A DNA stretch of 64,000 nucleotides, from NCBI RefSeq assembly GCF_001194135.2, contig NC_068991.1:65349026-65413025 (forward strand). The letters run 5' to 3'. This document shows positions 24,125-37,995 of the stretch, in pieces. The notes below the pieces were generated by a model. That model was given only the letters and a program-made list of their open reading frames with translations, searched no databases and was not told the DNA's origin. The position numbers and the translations under genes were made by a program. Source of the DNA: Octopus bimaculoides (lineage: Eukaryota). The first letter of the stretch is position 1. The number at the start of each line of letters is the position of its first letter.

Positions 24125-26949
24125 CTGAAAATTCAACAAAACAAAGAAATATATGTAGATATAAGAGATGAGACAAATAAGAAATATGAATAAAAAAATA
24201 TATGTGATGTGTGTTTGTTGTTGCAGTAGTAGTAGTGGTGGTGGTGGTGGTGGTGGTATAGTTTCTTTCCTTTTCACCTTTTGCACATTCATTGGACTGT
24301 GATAAAGAATTGGTGTTAGATTGTAAGCTGGAGAATCAATAGCTCAAATAAGACTCAGGTATCTGGGACAATGCTATTCCTTCACACACAGATGATATAG
24401 AGTTTTTCAATCTACAGAGAAATAGTTAAAATTGACATGTTTCTATGTCTCCAATGTAGATTTACATACAATATCTCACACTTGTGTGGACTGGATTCCC
24501 AACTGAAAGGCCTCTCATATTAAAGTGTTAAACATTTATAATATGAAAATTAGTAGCCCCCAGCTCCTTGGAGCTACTGGATTAGGTGTGAATATAAACA
24601 GATTAGCTACTTGTTTCTTTGGGACTGGTCAAGAGATAAGACCACAATAAAGGTCAAAAATCAACTTAAGGCTGTTTGTGTTTTTCTCTCAATCCACAGA
24701 GAAATAGGTAAATGTGACATGTCTACAGGTTTACATATACATACATACATACATATATGGTTTGGCTTCGTGCTCTTGCTTGATGGGACTGGGTGGGGGG
24801 TCATTCCAAGTGGGTGATCCCAGAGCTGCCATCATGTGTAGAACCAATTTCAGTCCCTGTTTCATATATGTATGGTTTCCTTATCTGTACACTCAATAAC
24901 CTCTGTTCCTCTGAACTAGCTCGCTACATACTTCCTCCAACACATTCATCATTAGCATTAATTTAGCATTAAACACCTCTTCCAGCCCTTCTTCTCCAGA
25001 CTAGAACCGACTCAAATTACTTCTCTGCTCATTTTTTTTTTTTTAATCAACATCGTTGTAGAAAGAGCAATGCTAACGAGAATTTTCAGTGTCTCAAAGA
25101 CTGGCGAAAAGAAGAGGGGTGGGACATTATCTTCAGGAAAAAGTCATGCCCTCAAATGCTTTCAACAAAGTACAAACGCCTAAAGATACCCTAGGAGCTG
25201 CCAAATAATGGTATCAAGTTAGGTGATGGAATAAGTCTACTTTCTAAATATTGACATACAAATATTTAAGCTGAACATCAACCATATCAATCTTACCAGT
25301 CTGCCAGGGACTGCAAAAGACTATGGGCCCTGTCTCCTCTCTTTTGACTTTACTGTAAAAAATTAAACTAAAACCTGTATCTAGTAGTGACCTCCTGAAC
25401 CTTATTTTACCATATACCTGGCACTCCACTGGTGCTACGGTATAGAGAAAAATAAGCTATCCACCGGTAAACCAGTGTTATGGGCTCAAAGGGTCAAGGC
25501 TGCAATCTTACAACATGACTGCATATTTAAAAAACTCACTAAGCAGCCACATGGTTTTGGACATTAGTAAAATAACCTATCTTGTTAGCACTAAATGATT
25601 CCTGAATTATCTTGTTGAGATAAAGTAGCACAGATGAAATAACAGAGACATCTTATAGCACACAATTTCAGCAACATGGTTGTCTCAAATGATATATAGC
25701 TCAGATATCATAGGTGAGCCTGTCTCCTTTTCATTCCAAACTGGTGTCTATTATACTCACTATCATTTACTACAGCTGTGCTGTGTCTTAACGAAGACCT
25801 TAATACTCTGGTCTCTGTTTGTTGAGGTCAATCAGTAATTCTAAATATTTTACACTCCAGAGTTACCTTGGTTGCACACCTCATCTCTAATCCCTACATT
25901 GCTATGGTATAACAATAATATAGTTTTACACTATAGGGATAATACTAATATAGAGAAATTCAAAGGACAGTGAACGCCATCTATACCTTCTTTAACCATT
26001 CTCCATTCACTCATGGAAGTCACACAATTTTTAGAATCACTGATTATAGTTGAAACTGTAAATTTCTCCTCAACTTCATGGCTAAATAGTTAATCATTGG
26101 TAAGTCAAGCAGCTATAAAGATTTGCTACAAAATCATCTTGAACAGCAAGGTGAATGAATGAGTGTGTGTGTATAATAATTCTACATTTTTCAGTTGGTA
26201 CTATTTTCTTGTTCAACAGGTCATTACACACATTACATGTGTGTGTGTGAAGAAAAATTTATCAATAGAAGAGTAACAGCAAATCAATGAGCGTGGTCCC
26301 ACACCCTGGAACTTAAAAGAAAATGAAAGACCACATGGGCATGAAAGGAGGAAATTTTGTTACTCCTATTTCAGTGTGGACAGTGGTGAAAAGAAAACAA
26401 AAAAATGTTCAGACTGCCACTGTATATTTATACAATAAACCATAATTTGAGTACATCACATGATTCTCAACCGAGGGGAGGAGCAGAATAACTTGAGTAA
26501 TGCTTCTGTGGGTTACATATCACTATCTCAACCAGTGTTGAACTGGAGTTAAACAACCACTAACTACTTCCATCACCATTGCATTGAATGTCCACTTTTC
26601 CATGTTTGCATGGATCAGATGAATTTGTTAAGGCAGATTTTCTGCAGCTGGGTGCCCTTCCTGTCACCAACCTTTGCCTGTTTCTAGACAGAGTAATATT
26701 TCCCCATGGCCAGACATGTTTTTCATGGAAGAGTGACGATGATGCTTGTTTACAATCATCACATGATATCAAGAGAAGAATACAAACATACACACACAAA
26801 CTCATGTATATATAATGGGCTTTTTTCTACCATATCTTTTTCTACCCAGGGCTATAGTATAAGACACTTGCACCTATGCAGTAGGGTTGAACCTAAGACC
26901 ACATGCTTGAGAAGTAAGTTTCTTAACCACACAGTCATGCTTTTATCAT

Positions 26950-27330
26950 TTACTTGTTTCAGTCATTAGACTGTGGTCATGCTGGGGCACCACTATGAAG
27001 AATTTTAGTTAAACGAATTGGTCCTAGAACTTATTTCTTTAAAACCCTGGTACTTATTTTATTAGTTTCTTTTGCTGAACTGCTAACTTACAGGGATGTA
27101 AACACACCAACACCAGTTGTCAAGTGGTAGAGGTGGTGATGGTGGCGGAAACACAAACACTCACATATATACATACATACATGATGGGCTTCTTTCAGTT
27201 TCTGTCCATCGAATCCACTTGGTAGGCCTGAGGCTACAGTAGAAGACACTTGCTCAGGGTGCCAGGTAGTGGGACTGAACCTGGAACCATGTGGTTCTGA
27301 AGCAAACTTCTTACCACACAGCTATGCTTA
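26950..27330 (-). mobile_element. SINE family A
   Basis: Tail-to-head match to the full copies. Confidence 0.85.
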
Positions 27331-27954
27331 CACTGTGTAGAAATACTGATGTAATTACATACAAAAGTTAGTGGAATGACAGAAGTAACACAACCCTCTC
27401 CTAAATATCTTACAGCATTCAAATTTATCTCTTTCTATTCTCAGTTCAAATCCCATGGAAGATGGACTTGTCTTTTATCTTTCAAGGGTCAATAAATTTA
27501 GTATCTAACATATATACTAGGCCATATTCAATCAGCTTATACTTTTCTCCATTAAATTCTTGGCTTTATGCCAATTTGAGAAAACCATTATTAATATATG
27601 AATATTCGTGTAATAATATCAACAATTTATGCTTTGGTGTTTAACACTTCTGGGTTCAAAAGCCATTAAAGGTTAGATTATTATTTCCATGAATTTCTCT
27701 GTCTTTCCTTCTTTCTCGTTCATTGTAGTAATAGCTTGATAAACTAAAAATTACTTGTTAATTATACAGAGTCTCAGTCAATCATACTATACAACCCTTC
27801 CTTCCACCTCTTATTGAAATTGGTCACTGTGCCAAGTAAAATATAATGTATACTAAACAAAAATTAAAAATTAAAAATCAATATTGATGCATGTAAACAT
27901 ATGGGGTGATCGAAATGTAAGCATAATACAATGAAGGACTTCAATGATGGTAGT

Positions 27955-27958
27955 AGTG

Positions 27959-27997
<39 letters not shown>

Positions 27998-28025
27998 ATA
28001 ATGGTGGTAATAGTAGTAGTAGCAG
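27955..28025 (+). repeat. (AGT)n microsatellite
   Basis: Direct reading. Confidence 0.95.
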
Positions 28026-28195
28026 TGTAGCCTCAGTAAGCTGTACTTGAGTTGATTTATGACATAAATGTAATTAAGTGAATATCTAAGAAGAGACAGA
28101 GGTTAAAAACCTTGGTTAGGGGATTCTGTAGCTCGGGTCTCTAATGTTATGTTGTACATTCTACACACAATGGTTTACTGGTTTACCATGTAGAG

Positions 28196-28553
28196 TAGGG
28201 CTTCTCAACCACTTTTTCATCTATGGACCCCTTTGATTACTATTTCATTTTAGTGGACTCCCGTAGCCATTCGATGTTTAAAACTAGTTTTATAGATATT
28301 TCTCTCAGAATTTGTATTTTGTTTTTCACACATTCACTTGTGTAGTTTGAACTATGTAAAAACATTAGAGAAAGAAATCCAGCCGTTTCTTGCAATAAAT
28401 ATGCTTAAGGCAAAATTTTTTCATGGACCCTTAATATACTACTGTGGCTCCCCCTTTACTAGTCTGCTTGTGTTGACCACTGCCACTACCACCACCACCA
28501 CCAAGGTTATATGGGCTGCCAAGGACCATATGGGCCCCAGTTGAGAACCACTA
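28196..28553. mobile_element. hAT-type MITE with 8-bp TSD
   Basis: TIRs tagggcttctcaac / gttgagaaccacta; TSD atgtagag at 28188-28195 and 28554-28561. Confidence 0.85.
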
Positions 28554-28622
28554 ATGTAGAGTGTAGTGTGGGGCTCTAAAGACATGGTATGTGGGTTTTA
28601 GTGTAGCTGTAAGGACAGTGTA

Positions 28623-28983
28623 GTGGAGGCACAATGGCCCAGTGGTTAGGGCAGTGGAATCGTCGTCGTAGGATCGCGGTTTCGATTCCCAGACAGGGCG
28701 TTGTGAGTGTTTATTGAGCGAAAACACCTAAAGCTCCACGAGGCTCCAGCAGGGTGTGGTGGCGAACCCCGCTGTACTCTTTCACCACAACTTTCTCTCA
28801 TTCTTACTGTTTCTGTTGTACCTGTATTTCAAAGGGCCAGCTTTGTCACACTCTGTGTCACGCTGAATCTCCCCCCGAGAACTACGTTAAGGGTACACGT
28901 GTCTGTAGAGTGCTCAGCTACTTGCACGTTAGTTTCACGAGCAGGCTGTTCCGTTGATCGGATCAACTGGAACCCTCATCGTC
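28623..28983 (+). mobile_element. SINE family B, running into a gap
   Basis: Matches 5498-5886. Confidence 0.9.
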
Positions 28984-31269
28984 NNNNNNNNNNNNNNNNN
29001 NNNNNNNNNNNNNNNNNNNNNNNNNNNNNNNNNNNNNNNNNNNNNNNNNNNNNNNNNNNNNNNNNNNNNNNNNNNNNNNNNNNNNNNNNNNNNNNNNNNN
29101 NNNNNNNNNNNNNNNNNNNNNNNNNNNNNNNNNNNNNNNNNNNNNNNNNNNNNNNNNNNNNNNNNNNNNNNNNNNNNNNNNNNNNNNNNNNNNNNNNNNN
29201 NNNNNNNNNNNNNNNNNNNNNNNNNNNNNNNNNNNNNNNNNNNNNNNNNNNNNNNNNNNNNNNNNNNNNNNNNNNNNNNNNNNNNNNNNNNNNNNNNNNN
29301 NNNNNNNNNNNNNNNNNNNNNNNNNNNNNNNNNNNNNNNNNNNNNNNNNNNNNNNNNNNNNNNNNNNAGATGGTGGCATGAAATATAGCTGAAAGGATGT
29401 TGTATAGGGTGTAGTGCAGCTATAAGAGGAGTGTGGTGGTGTATGCAGTTGGAAATATTTGGTGTATCACACATGTAGCATATTATGATGCAGCATAGCA
29501 CACATGTAGCACATGTCATAATACATCATACAAGTAACATATCTTTATGTGGCATATCATTATGCAGCATATGTGGCACATTACATATGTAGCATATCAT
29601 TATGTGGTATGTCATGTCACACACAGCATATCACACATGTAGCATATCATCACATGATATAACATGTCACGCATATAAGACATATACAGTATGCAGTGTG
29701 GTTGGAAAGATACATGTAGAATAAACAGCTGCCAATGAAGTCTCTCAGAAAAATCAAAAATGCAATCCAAAAAAGTCAGATTATAAAAACATGTTTATAT
29801 ATAAGTATAGTAGTATTTCACTTAGTTTTATATGTGGAATGCATTTTTTTTTTGGTCATCTTCAATTCCTCTTGAAAGAGTAAAGGATCTGTTATTTCGT
29901 CTTTTTTTTTTTGTTTAATTCTTTCCAAATATCTTTTGTTCACATCAACTTCTTCCAAGTCCTTGATTAATTCTTTTCCAAGTTGACACATAGTGCATTC
30001 CACCTCAAGGCCCAGTCCTTGCTGCAGTAGAGGGTTGTGTATGCACCTCAATGACCCTTAGAGCTTGTGCTTCAGTCCTAGTAGAGCCTTCCACGTTGGA
30101 CAGGTCAAAGGAGAGTCAGACTAATATGGACCAGTTTTTCCCAGAAGTAAAAATGGGTTTGCATAGAGCCAATATCCCTACCTAGAAAAAGGAAAGTTAC
30201 AGAAGCATCGATGACAATTCAAAACCAGCAAGATCTGGGAGAGGAGACAGCTCACAGTAGAGAACATTGGAGAAAAGTTATCAATGGCCTATGTTTCATA
30301 AGGAGTAAAGGGGCTTAATGTAATGTCCATAGTGTATTCCATAGCATTTCTAGTAATAGATTGCTTTATAAGTGATCTTTTACAATGTCAGCTTTTAAAT
30401 TAGTGTTTCTTGTTTTGACACAGTTCATTAGAGAGAATATTGTTGCAAAGTGAGGAAGAGTTATTGAGACCTGAGGAGGGGGAGAACCTAAGAGATATGG
30501 GCTTGGCCTACCTGAAAGGCAGGCTCATGACAAGGCAGGTGACTGTGCTAGGTGGAAGGTCTTTTTCCGATGTTCCATGAAGATCAAGAGGAACTAAGAC
30601 ACACACACAATCTTGCACAATACTGCTATATTTTTTTTAATTCAACTCTGCAACCTCTCTTTCACTCACATATATATTTATACATAATACACACACACAC
30701 GCACACACATGCACGCACGCACACACGTGCAAGAAAAATGATAGCCTATAAAACTGATATTTTGTTAAGTAGTCTTCATTATTATATTATTTTTAAAATG
30801 TCTTTTTTAAACACTCACACTTCAAAAAGAATTAGTTGGTTGCATGAACTAATCCACTTTGAAGAACTATCCAAAGGATACTGGAACAGAATTATTTTCA
30901 ATTGATCATGTCATCATTTTATTTACTCATGTACACTTCGAAAAGAGACAGAGAATAGTCATACTCTTCTTCCTCTTCCTCTTCCCCCCATTATTTAAAT
31001 CTGCTCCTCACTTTCTACTCTAACTTTCTACTCTCCTAACTTTCAATCTCCTAACTTTCTACTCTCCTCATTCTCACACATTTAATTTAATTTAATCTCA
31101 CTCCACTTAATCCACATTCTCCATCTGTTTTCCTTTCTTTCTCTCTCTCACTTTCTCTTGCTAGACTCGATCTTCTTCTCACTGTCATTTTTACACATAG
31201 CTTACCCCTTCCCCTAAATTCAATGGCCTTGTGCCAAAATTCGAAATCAAAATTATAAGAGTGGATAAA

Positions 31270-31490
31270 GTGGTGAGCTGGCAGAATCGTTAGCATGACA
31301 GGCAAAATGCTTAGTGGCATTTCATCTGTCTTTATGTTCTGAGTTCAAATTCTGTCAAGATTGACTCTGCTTTTCATCGTTTAGGAGTCAATGAAATAAG
31401 TACCAGTTACACTCTGGGGATGATGTAATTGACTTTCCCCAAATTTCAGGCCTTGTGCCTATAGTAGAAAGGACTATTATAAGATTGGAT
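31270..31490 (+). mobile_element. Nin-type SINE family D
   Basis: gagctggcagaatcgttagc head...gagttcaaattc...aagtaccagtt...ggccttgtgcctatagtagaaagg. Confidence 0.85.
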
Positions 31491-32515
31491 ATGTGAGACA
31501 TTAATTCCTAGGGATATCTGAGGAAGGAATTTTTATTCTGAAATATCACATCAGACTCTGGATGATTAAATTACAAGTTATTATAGTCCATTGTTTGTAT
31601 TATAGTGCATTGTTGTGTCATTCAAAACATTTTATTCTTTACAAACACTACACAATGCTTCAAGCAAACTACAATACTCTCCTACAATTACAACTGTTTC
31701 TCTACTGATTCTGTTTTTAATGCTAATTCACACAAAAGATCCTTGTGAAAAGTGATGCAATGTAAGCACGCACCTTTGATACGAGTTTGACAAAGTGCCA
31801 CTCTAATGTTTAAAACCACAAATATTACTCTTTACTCTCTTTTACTCTTTTACTTGTTTCAGTCATTTGNNNNNNNNNNNNNNNNNNNNNNNNNNNNNNN
31901 NNNNNNNNNNNNNNNNNNNNNNNNNNNNNNNNNNNNNNNNNNNNNNNNNNNNNNNNNNNNNNNNNNNNNTGTGCCACCCGCACAAGAGCCAATCCAGGGG
32001 CACTGGCAACGATCTCGCTACATAGGCAAGACTGTGTGGTCGAGAACTTGGCTTTCAGGTTCAATCCCACTGTGTGACACCTTGGGCAGATCTACTATAG
32101 CACCAGGCTGACCAATACTCTGTGAGGGAATTTGGGAGATAGAAACTCTGTGGAAGCCCGTCATGTATGTGTGTGTCTTTGTGCTCCACCACTGCTTGGT
32201 TTGTTTATGTCCCCCATAACTTAGCCGTTCAGCAAAAGAGACTGACAGAATAAGTACCATACTTAGAAATAAGTACTGGAGTCAATTTGTTTGACAAAAC
32301 CCTTTAAGGCGGTGCCCCAACATAGCCACAATCCAATGACAGAAAGTAAAAGCCAAAAACAGCAAAAGAAAAGAAATGGCAAAAAAACAAAAAAAATCCC
32401 CTGTAAATACAGAAAAGAATTTGAAGAAAATTAAAATGCNNNNNNNNNNAATAAACCATGAAAAGTTTTGAAAAGAACTGAAAAAAATTGGAAGTATTAC
32501 ATTTTTGGCTTAGCT

Positions 32516-32771
32516 CAGTGGTTCTCAACCAGGGCCCATATGACCTTTGGGGGATCATTGTAAGAGTTTTTTTTTGTTTATATTTACGTGCAATAAATTG
32601 ATTATACTTCTATAATACTCAAAATATTTAAATTTCTTAAAAAGTCCCGAATAATATTTAACAATAAAACTATAATAGGATTTTTCAAACATTGAATGGC
32701 TACGAGGGTACACCTGACTAAAACAGAAATCAAAGGGGCTCATAGATAAAAGAAATGGTTGAGAAACACTG
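32516..32771. mobile_element. hAT-type MITE
   Basis: TIRs cagtggttctcaacc / ggttgagaaacactg; no clean TSD. Confidence 0.7.
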
Positions 32772-33261
32772 GAGCTTATGTCTTATTCTTGGTAATAAAA
32801 TCAGTTTAATGTCTGCTAGGCCTTGTAATGATTTATAAAAAAAAAAAATATATACCTTCTCAACTAAATGACACTAATTGTGCCATTAGAGTAATTACAA
32901 ATAAATAGGATTTCATCAATTACTTATCCTAAAGTATCACTATCAATTTCACACCAATTAATGTATAACCTTTTGTTAATTCATTAGTATAGCAACTACA
33001 TCTCGTTAACTAAGTCTACAATCATCTGTAAACAATACAAGTCATTGATAAAATAGAAGGTTAATTCATGCAGTATCCAACCAGTCTAATGACATGAATT
33101 AAGTTAATCTCTAAATTTATTTTGGATTTTTTCAGCATATCCCCACACTCAGTGTTCACTCCAAAACTAAAATTCACTGGAATATCTTGTAGCTATTTCA
33201 GGTTTCTACATTTCTTTATAATATCTTGTGTGAAGTAGTAAGTGTTCATTACAAAATTATG

Positions 33262-33610
33262 TCAACTTCTGTCATCATCACCATCATCCAGTGTTTTAAA
33301 TCTGGGTTTTGTCCCCGTTAACGGGGGTGGCTGGATCTACCTCAATACCATAGCAACCGAGGTAGGCAGGTGCAGCCCACCCCAACCTTTGGGCTGGCTG
33401 GCTGGTGTCCATCCACCTTTGCTATCATGAGACTGTTTTGGAGCTGGATTTTCTACAGGGAGCTTACCCCCAACTTCAGTTTCTAGACACGAGTGGTCCC
33501 GAGACCATGGCCTCTACCACAAATTTTAAGAAATGTGGTAGAAAACTAGCTCAGGAAGGCAGGTACGCTACTCCCTGAGACCCCTTTCGGAGCCTCCCTA
33601 CCTGGAAATA
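33262..33610 (-). mobile_element. GC-rich retroposon-like segment with (GAT)n tail
   Basis: On the minus strand it ends in gatgatggtgatgatga and contains ctgtagaaaa as in family C; single copy in the window. Confidence 0.45.
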
Positions 33611-35362
33611 TTTCACTATGCATACTGTTACTCACTGTACTGTGACATTAGTTTCAAATTTTGTCACAAGGCCAGTAATTTTTGGGGAGGGGATAAGTCA
33701 ATCATATCAACCCTTGTTCAACTGGTACTTATTTTGTTGACCCTGAAATGATGAAAAGCAAAGTCAACTGCATTTGAACTCATAATGTAAAGTTGGAAGA
33801 AATGCTGCTAAGTATTTTTTTTCTGATATGGTAATGATTCTGCCAGCGCACAGTAACATTGATATCATCAGCTATTTACTGAAATCTCTAGCTGGTGTTT
33901 ATTACATTTTACGCTAATCATTGCCACACAGTATTTCTTGTGTGCAGTTAGATGTATGAATGCTAATGGTGAGTTTTGAGTTTCACTTAGAATACTATCA
34001 GTTAGTTTACTTTTCATACTTTCTCTTTACAAAGACACACACACATGTACATGCAAGCTAGTATCAACAAGTGAAGATGAGTGCTCAACATTGCATTGAT
34101 GGATAAATATACTTTATTTGTGGATTAACAAGGCAACCGATGGTTTCAGATGGAAAAGATCTCCACAGTTTTTAAGCAATCCACTTGGGAATAGAATTCT
34201 TGATGTAGTCAAAACATTTGAGGAAAGTCCTTAAATAAAAAAAATTATTTATTATATAACAAAAAAAAATCCCCAAAAAAACAAGGATATGAACCTTTTG
34301 GAAGAGAATGGAAACGTCCTTCCAAATTATTCATGTCATTCTAGTTTTCTTTAAAGACTTTTTTCATATAAACAAATCTTTCTTGAAACACACACACACA
34401 CGAACATATACGTACTGTTGTTCCATGAAATCTTTTATTACAGTTTATTGTAGTTAGTCAGTATATCTAAAATAATACTGTAATGTTTACCTAATACAGA
34501 ATATTTTTTGGAAGAAGTAAATCTACAAATATTATCGTTTGTTGAATGTCTGTTATTTGGGAATAAGTTGGATGACATACGGGGATATTACTTTGAAGAG
34601 GTTAAGGATTCAAAGAAGATAATAACAGTTTGTTGAAAGTTTACATGAGGGCTGAAGAAAAAGACTAATAGCATAGCTTATTAAAAAGATAGTTTTCAGA
34701 AAAGAATTTTAAAAAATTAATAAGAAAGTTGAGAATTAGAATAGTTGAAGTTAAAAATGCAAGTATGCCTGAATAGCAAAATGAAAGATATGGTTTTGAT
34801 TATTTGAATCCTTGTTAAAAAGAAAGAAGATAAAGAAAAGAATTGAATAGAATAACCTCACAAGCAATGAATTCAATGAAATTGTTTAGTTATAACTTTG
34901 TCTGAACTCTCTCTTCAAACAATAACAGCAACAGAAATCTAAACATTTCATTGAAAGCTAAGCACTAAATCGCAAATTGTCAGGCAACAAATTACAAAGA
35001 AAAAAAAAAAATTAAAAAAATTAATGAAAAATAAAAAAATACAGTTTTAGTAACGATTTGTAAGATGCTGTTAGTGAGACACTAATCATTAACAATGTAG
35101 TTCCATCTAAGCTGGATGTACAGCAATACCAACTTCCTTGCAGTGCAATGTATTAGGCAAACGCTTATGCATACAGAAAAGATTTTTTTGTCTTCTTTTA
35201 CCTGTACTGGTGATGTTCAGAAACATTTCTCTGATGTCAGCTAATAATACACTAAAAATGACCAAATACAATAGAAGTTAAATTATTGACAAATATAGAA
35301 ATTGCTGAATAGAGGAGGATATATATTTTTTTCATGTCTTCTCTATAGAAAAGCTTTTTAGA

Positions 35363-35406
<44 letters not shown>

Positions 35407-36859
35407 GTAAATAAAAAAAGACANNNNNNNNNNNNNNNNNNNNNNNNNNNNNNNNNNNNNNNNNNNNNNNNNNNNNTATATATATATATATATATATATA
35501 TATTACGTAGATGAATATTGAATAAGATTTGGCTGAGAGAGAGAGATTATAAATGGATAGTAAAATAAGATTTACAATTGGTTTATAACAACATAATTCA
35601 AACAATGGAGATAACTATTAACAATTACAGGTTTCAGATAAGTTGATGAGATTGTAGAATACATTAGAAAGGGTATCTAGTAAAATACTGAGGATTGGTT
35701 TGATCAATTGGTTTGATCAATTCTCCTGGCAAAATTTGGTGATAATTTTTTTTTTATTATATTGACTGGGAGAAACTGGCTGTAGTTATAATCTTTGACA
35801 ATCCTTCAAGACTGAAATTGATGAGATTAACATTCTTCTCGAACAGTTGATGGCTGCAGCAAAAACATGCAAGGAGAGAATACCCAGAGGGACTACATTT
35901 TGGAAAGAAAAGGGCTGGGGACAGTAGTCAGTGTGGAACCTGGGAGAGAGTGTGGGTGTGGACACAACAGGAATAGAAAGAGGAGGAGAGATGAGGGCAT
36001 TGGGAGTACCTGAGAGGAGGTACCATGCTATCGGACTCATTGGAAATGTAGTGAAACAATGATTGATTTGTTGAAAACCTGTAACTAATGACACATAATG
36101 CAATATAAAATTAAAATATTCTAGTCATGACCATCATGCCTTATTCTCAGCCTTGGAAATCTCTTTTTTTTATTGATAGGAAAGTGTAATTTGAAAGAGA
36201 TTTGACTATTATTTCTAACAGTAAATGATTATATACAATCTCACTTGTTGGTTCATATAGATTATATGTGTGTATGTGAGTGAGGTTTGTGTGTGTGTGT
36301 GCGAGCGAGCTAGTTTGTGTGTGTGTTGATAACAGGAGGAAGACATTATGACTCTACCTTTTCAGTTTTAAGTAGCCATAAATAAAAGATGTATTTTACA
36401 ATCCTCTTTACAGTCCATTTAAGAATTTGTTGATAGTATTATAGTATAAACACTCCTTAAATCATACTTCATTAAATCAAGAAAACAAAACTCTAGAGAT
36501 ATGACAATTATGTGAGAGTGATGTTTATAGATGCAAAGTAACTGTTTGGCTAAAGTATTGGACTTTCAGCTCAAAGGTTTTGAGTTCAAATCAACTGAAG
36601 GCAGGAGTATTGCATATATGGAAAGTTCAGTCATACATGTCTGTGTTCACCTAGCATCAGGTATAAAGTACCAGATCAACTGTGAATGTTATGTGATAGA
36701 CAAGTATCTTGTCTTGTTCATTTAATGCTAAAATTAAAGCTAATTAGTGGTGATTAGGACTATCTTGATATCGAGAATCCTGATCAGTGACTTGAAAAGA
36801 GTCATTTAAGTAGTTCTGTCTTTACTACAAAGCAGTTGTTGAATCAGTACCTCTCCAGG

Positions 36860-37185
36860 GCTCTTTAGCATGGACACTGGACAAGAGACTTGAAAAGAAG
36901 CTTGACGGTAAATACATGAGAATGCTTTGTGCTGTTCTCACTTTTTCCTGGCAACCCCACCCTGCAAAGCAGCAACTGAATAACAATCTGCTTACTATCA
37001 CCTTGATAATCAGAGGAAGAACACATTAAGCAGGACACTGCTGGAGAAGCAAGAATGAAATGTCCAGTGATCACCTGCTCTGGAAACCCACACATGGACA
37101 TGCATCTATTGGCAGACCAAGAAAAGAATAACTTGTGGAAGACGGTAGCAAGTTGAGGATATGAAGACTGCTATGGAAGCTTAGG
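36860..37185 (+). mobile_element. RTE-X LINE 3' remnant
   Basis: WTLDKRLEKKLDGKYMRMLCAVL..SWQ..AGHCWRSKNE..LLWKPTHGHASIGRP, frameshifted. Confidence 0.8.
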
Positions 37186-37597
37186 ATATCTGGCATAGAA
37201 GAGTTGCACTGGTCTGGGTAAGTTGCTCAACCAGATAGATAGTCTGTACAACATATATTGTGATATTTTAGGGTGGGTGATAGGAAGGCTGAGCTGGTTA
37301 TTAAGGCATTGTTGAAGAACTGGTTTGTATGTAATGATTTTTGGGTTAGTGTTTAGTTCCAGTGCAAACCTTGGACAAGCAGACATATTTCAGCCATAAC
37401 CATCCTTCTTATTTGGAGTATGTAGGGCTACATTATATTGTTTATGTTTTTTCTTTATTTAAGGTGGGCCGTAATTTGAGGGCAATGATTTGGTTGCTAT
37501 TTCTAGCAGGTATGTGACCACATAGAGTTCCCCTCCTTGGTTTGATTCTAAGGCACATGAAATCACAGACCTTGTATTCTGAAGGCTTTCTTTCACA

Positions 37598-37995
37598 TGA
37601 TGATGATGATAATCATCATCATCATCATCATCATCATCGTTTAACATCTGCCTTCCATGCTAGCATAGGTTGGACAATTTGACTGAGGATTGGCGAACCA
37701 GATGGCTACACCAAGCTCCAATCTGATTTGGTAGAGTTTCTACAGCTGGAAGCCCTTCCTAATGCCAACCACTCAGAGAGTGTAGTGGGCGCTTTTATGT
37801 NNNNNNNNNNAGTTTCTACAGCTGGAAGCCCTTCCTAATGCCAACCACTCAGAGAGTGTAGTGGGCGCTTTTATGTGCCACCGGCACGAAGGCCAGTCAG
37901 GTGGTACTGGCAACAGCCACGCTCAAAATGGTGTACTTTACATGCCACCTGCACAGGAGCCAGTCCAGTGGCACTGGCAATGACCTCGCTCGAAT
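37598..37995 (-). mobile_element. Family C RTE-type element across a 10-N gap
   Basis: (ATC)n tail, then reverse complement of 3706-3893 plus additional upstream sequence. Confidence 0.85.

Noticed and set aside
25297-25901. Cluster of four tiny minus-strand exon-like segments (25901-25867, 25814-25761, 25434-25418, 25352-25297)
   Set aside because: Introns would be only 52-65 nt, the phases do not chain through all four, and the region may be decayed retroelement. Not supportable without RNA data.
29368-29700. Degenerate gcatatca/catatg-rich tract (similar aatatcaagc tract at about 20800-21060)
   Set aside because: Low-complexity decayed tandem repeats with no consistent period or coding signal.
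37732-37877. About 68-bp direct duplication either side of the 10-N gap (37732-37800 / 37811-37877)
   Set aside because: Identical sequence flanking a nominal gap is the signature of an unmerged contig overlap.
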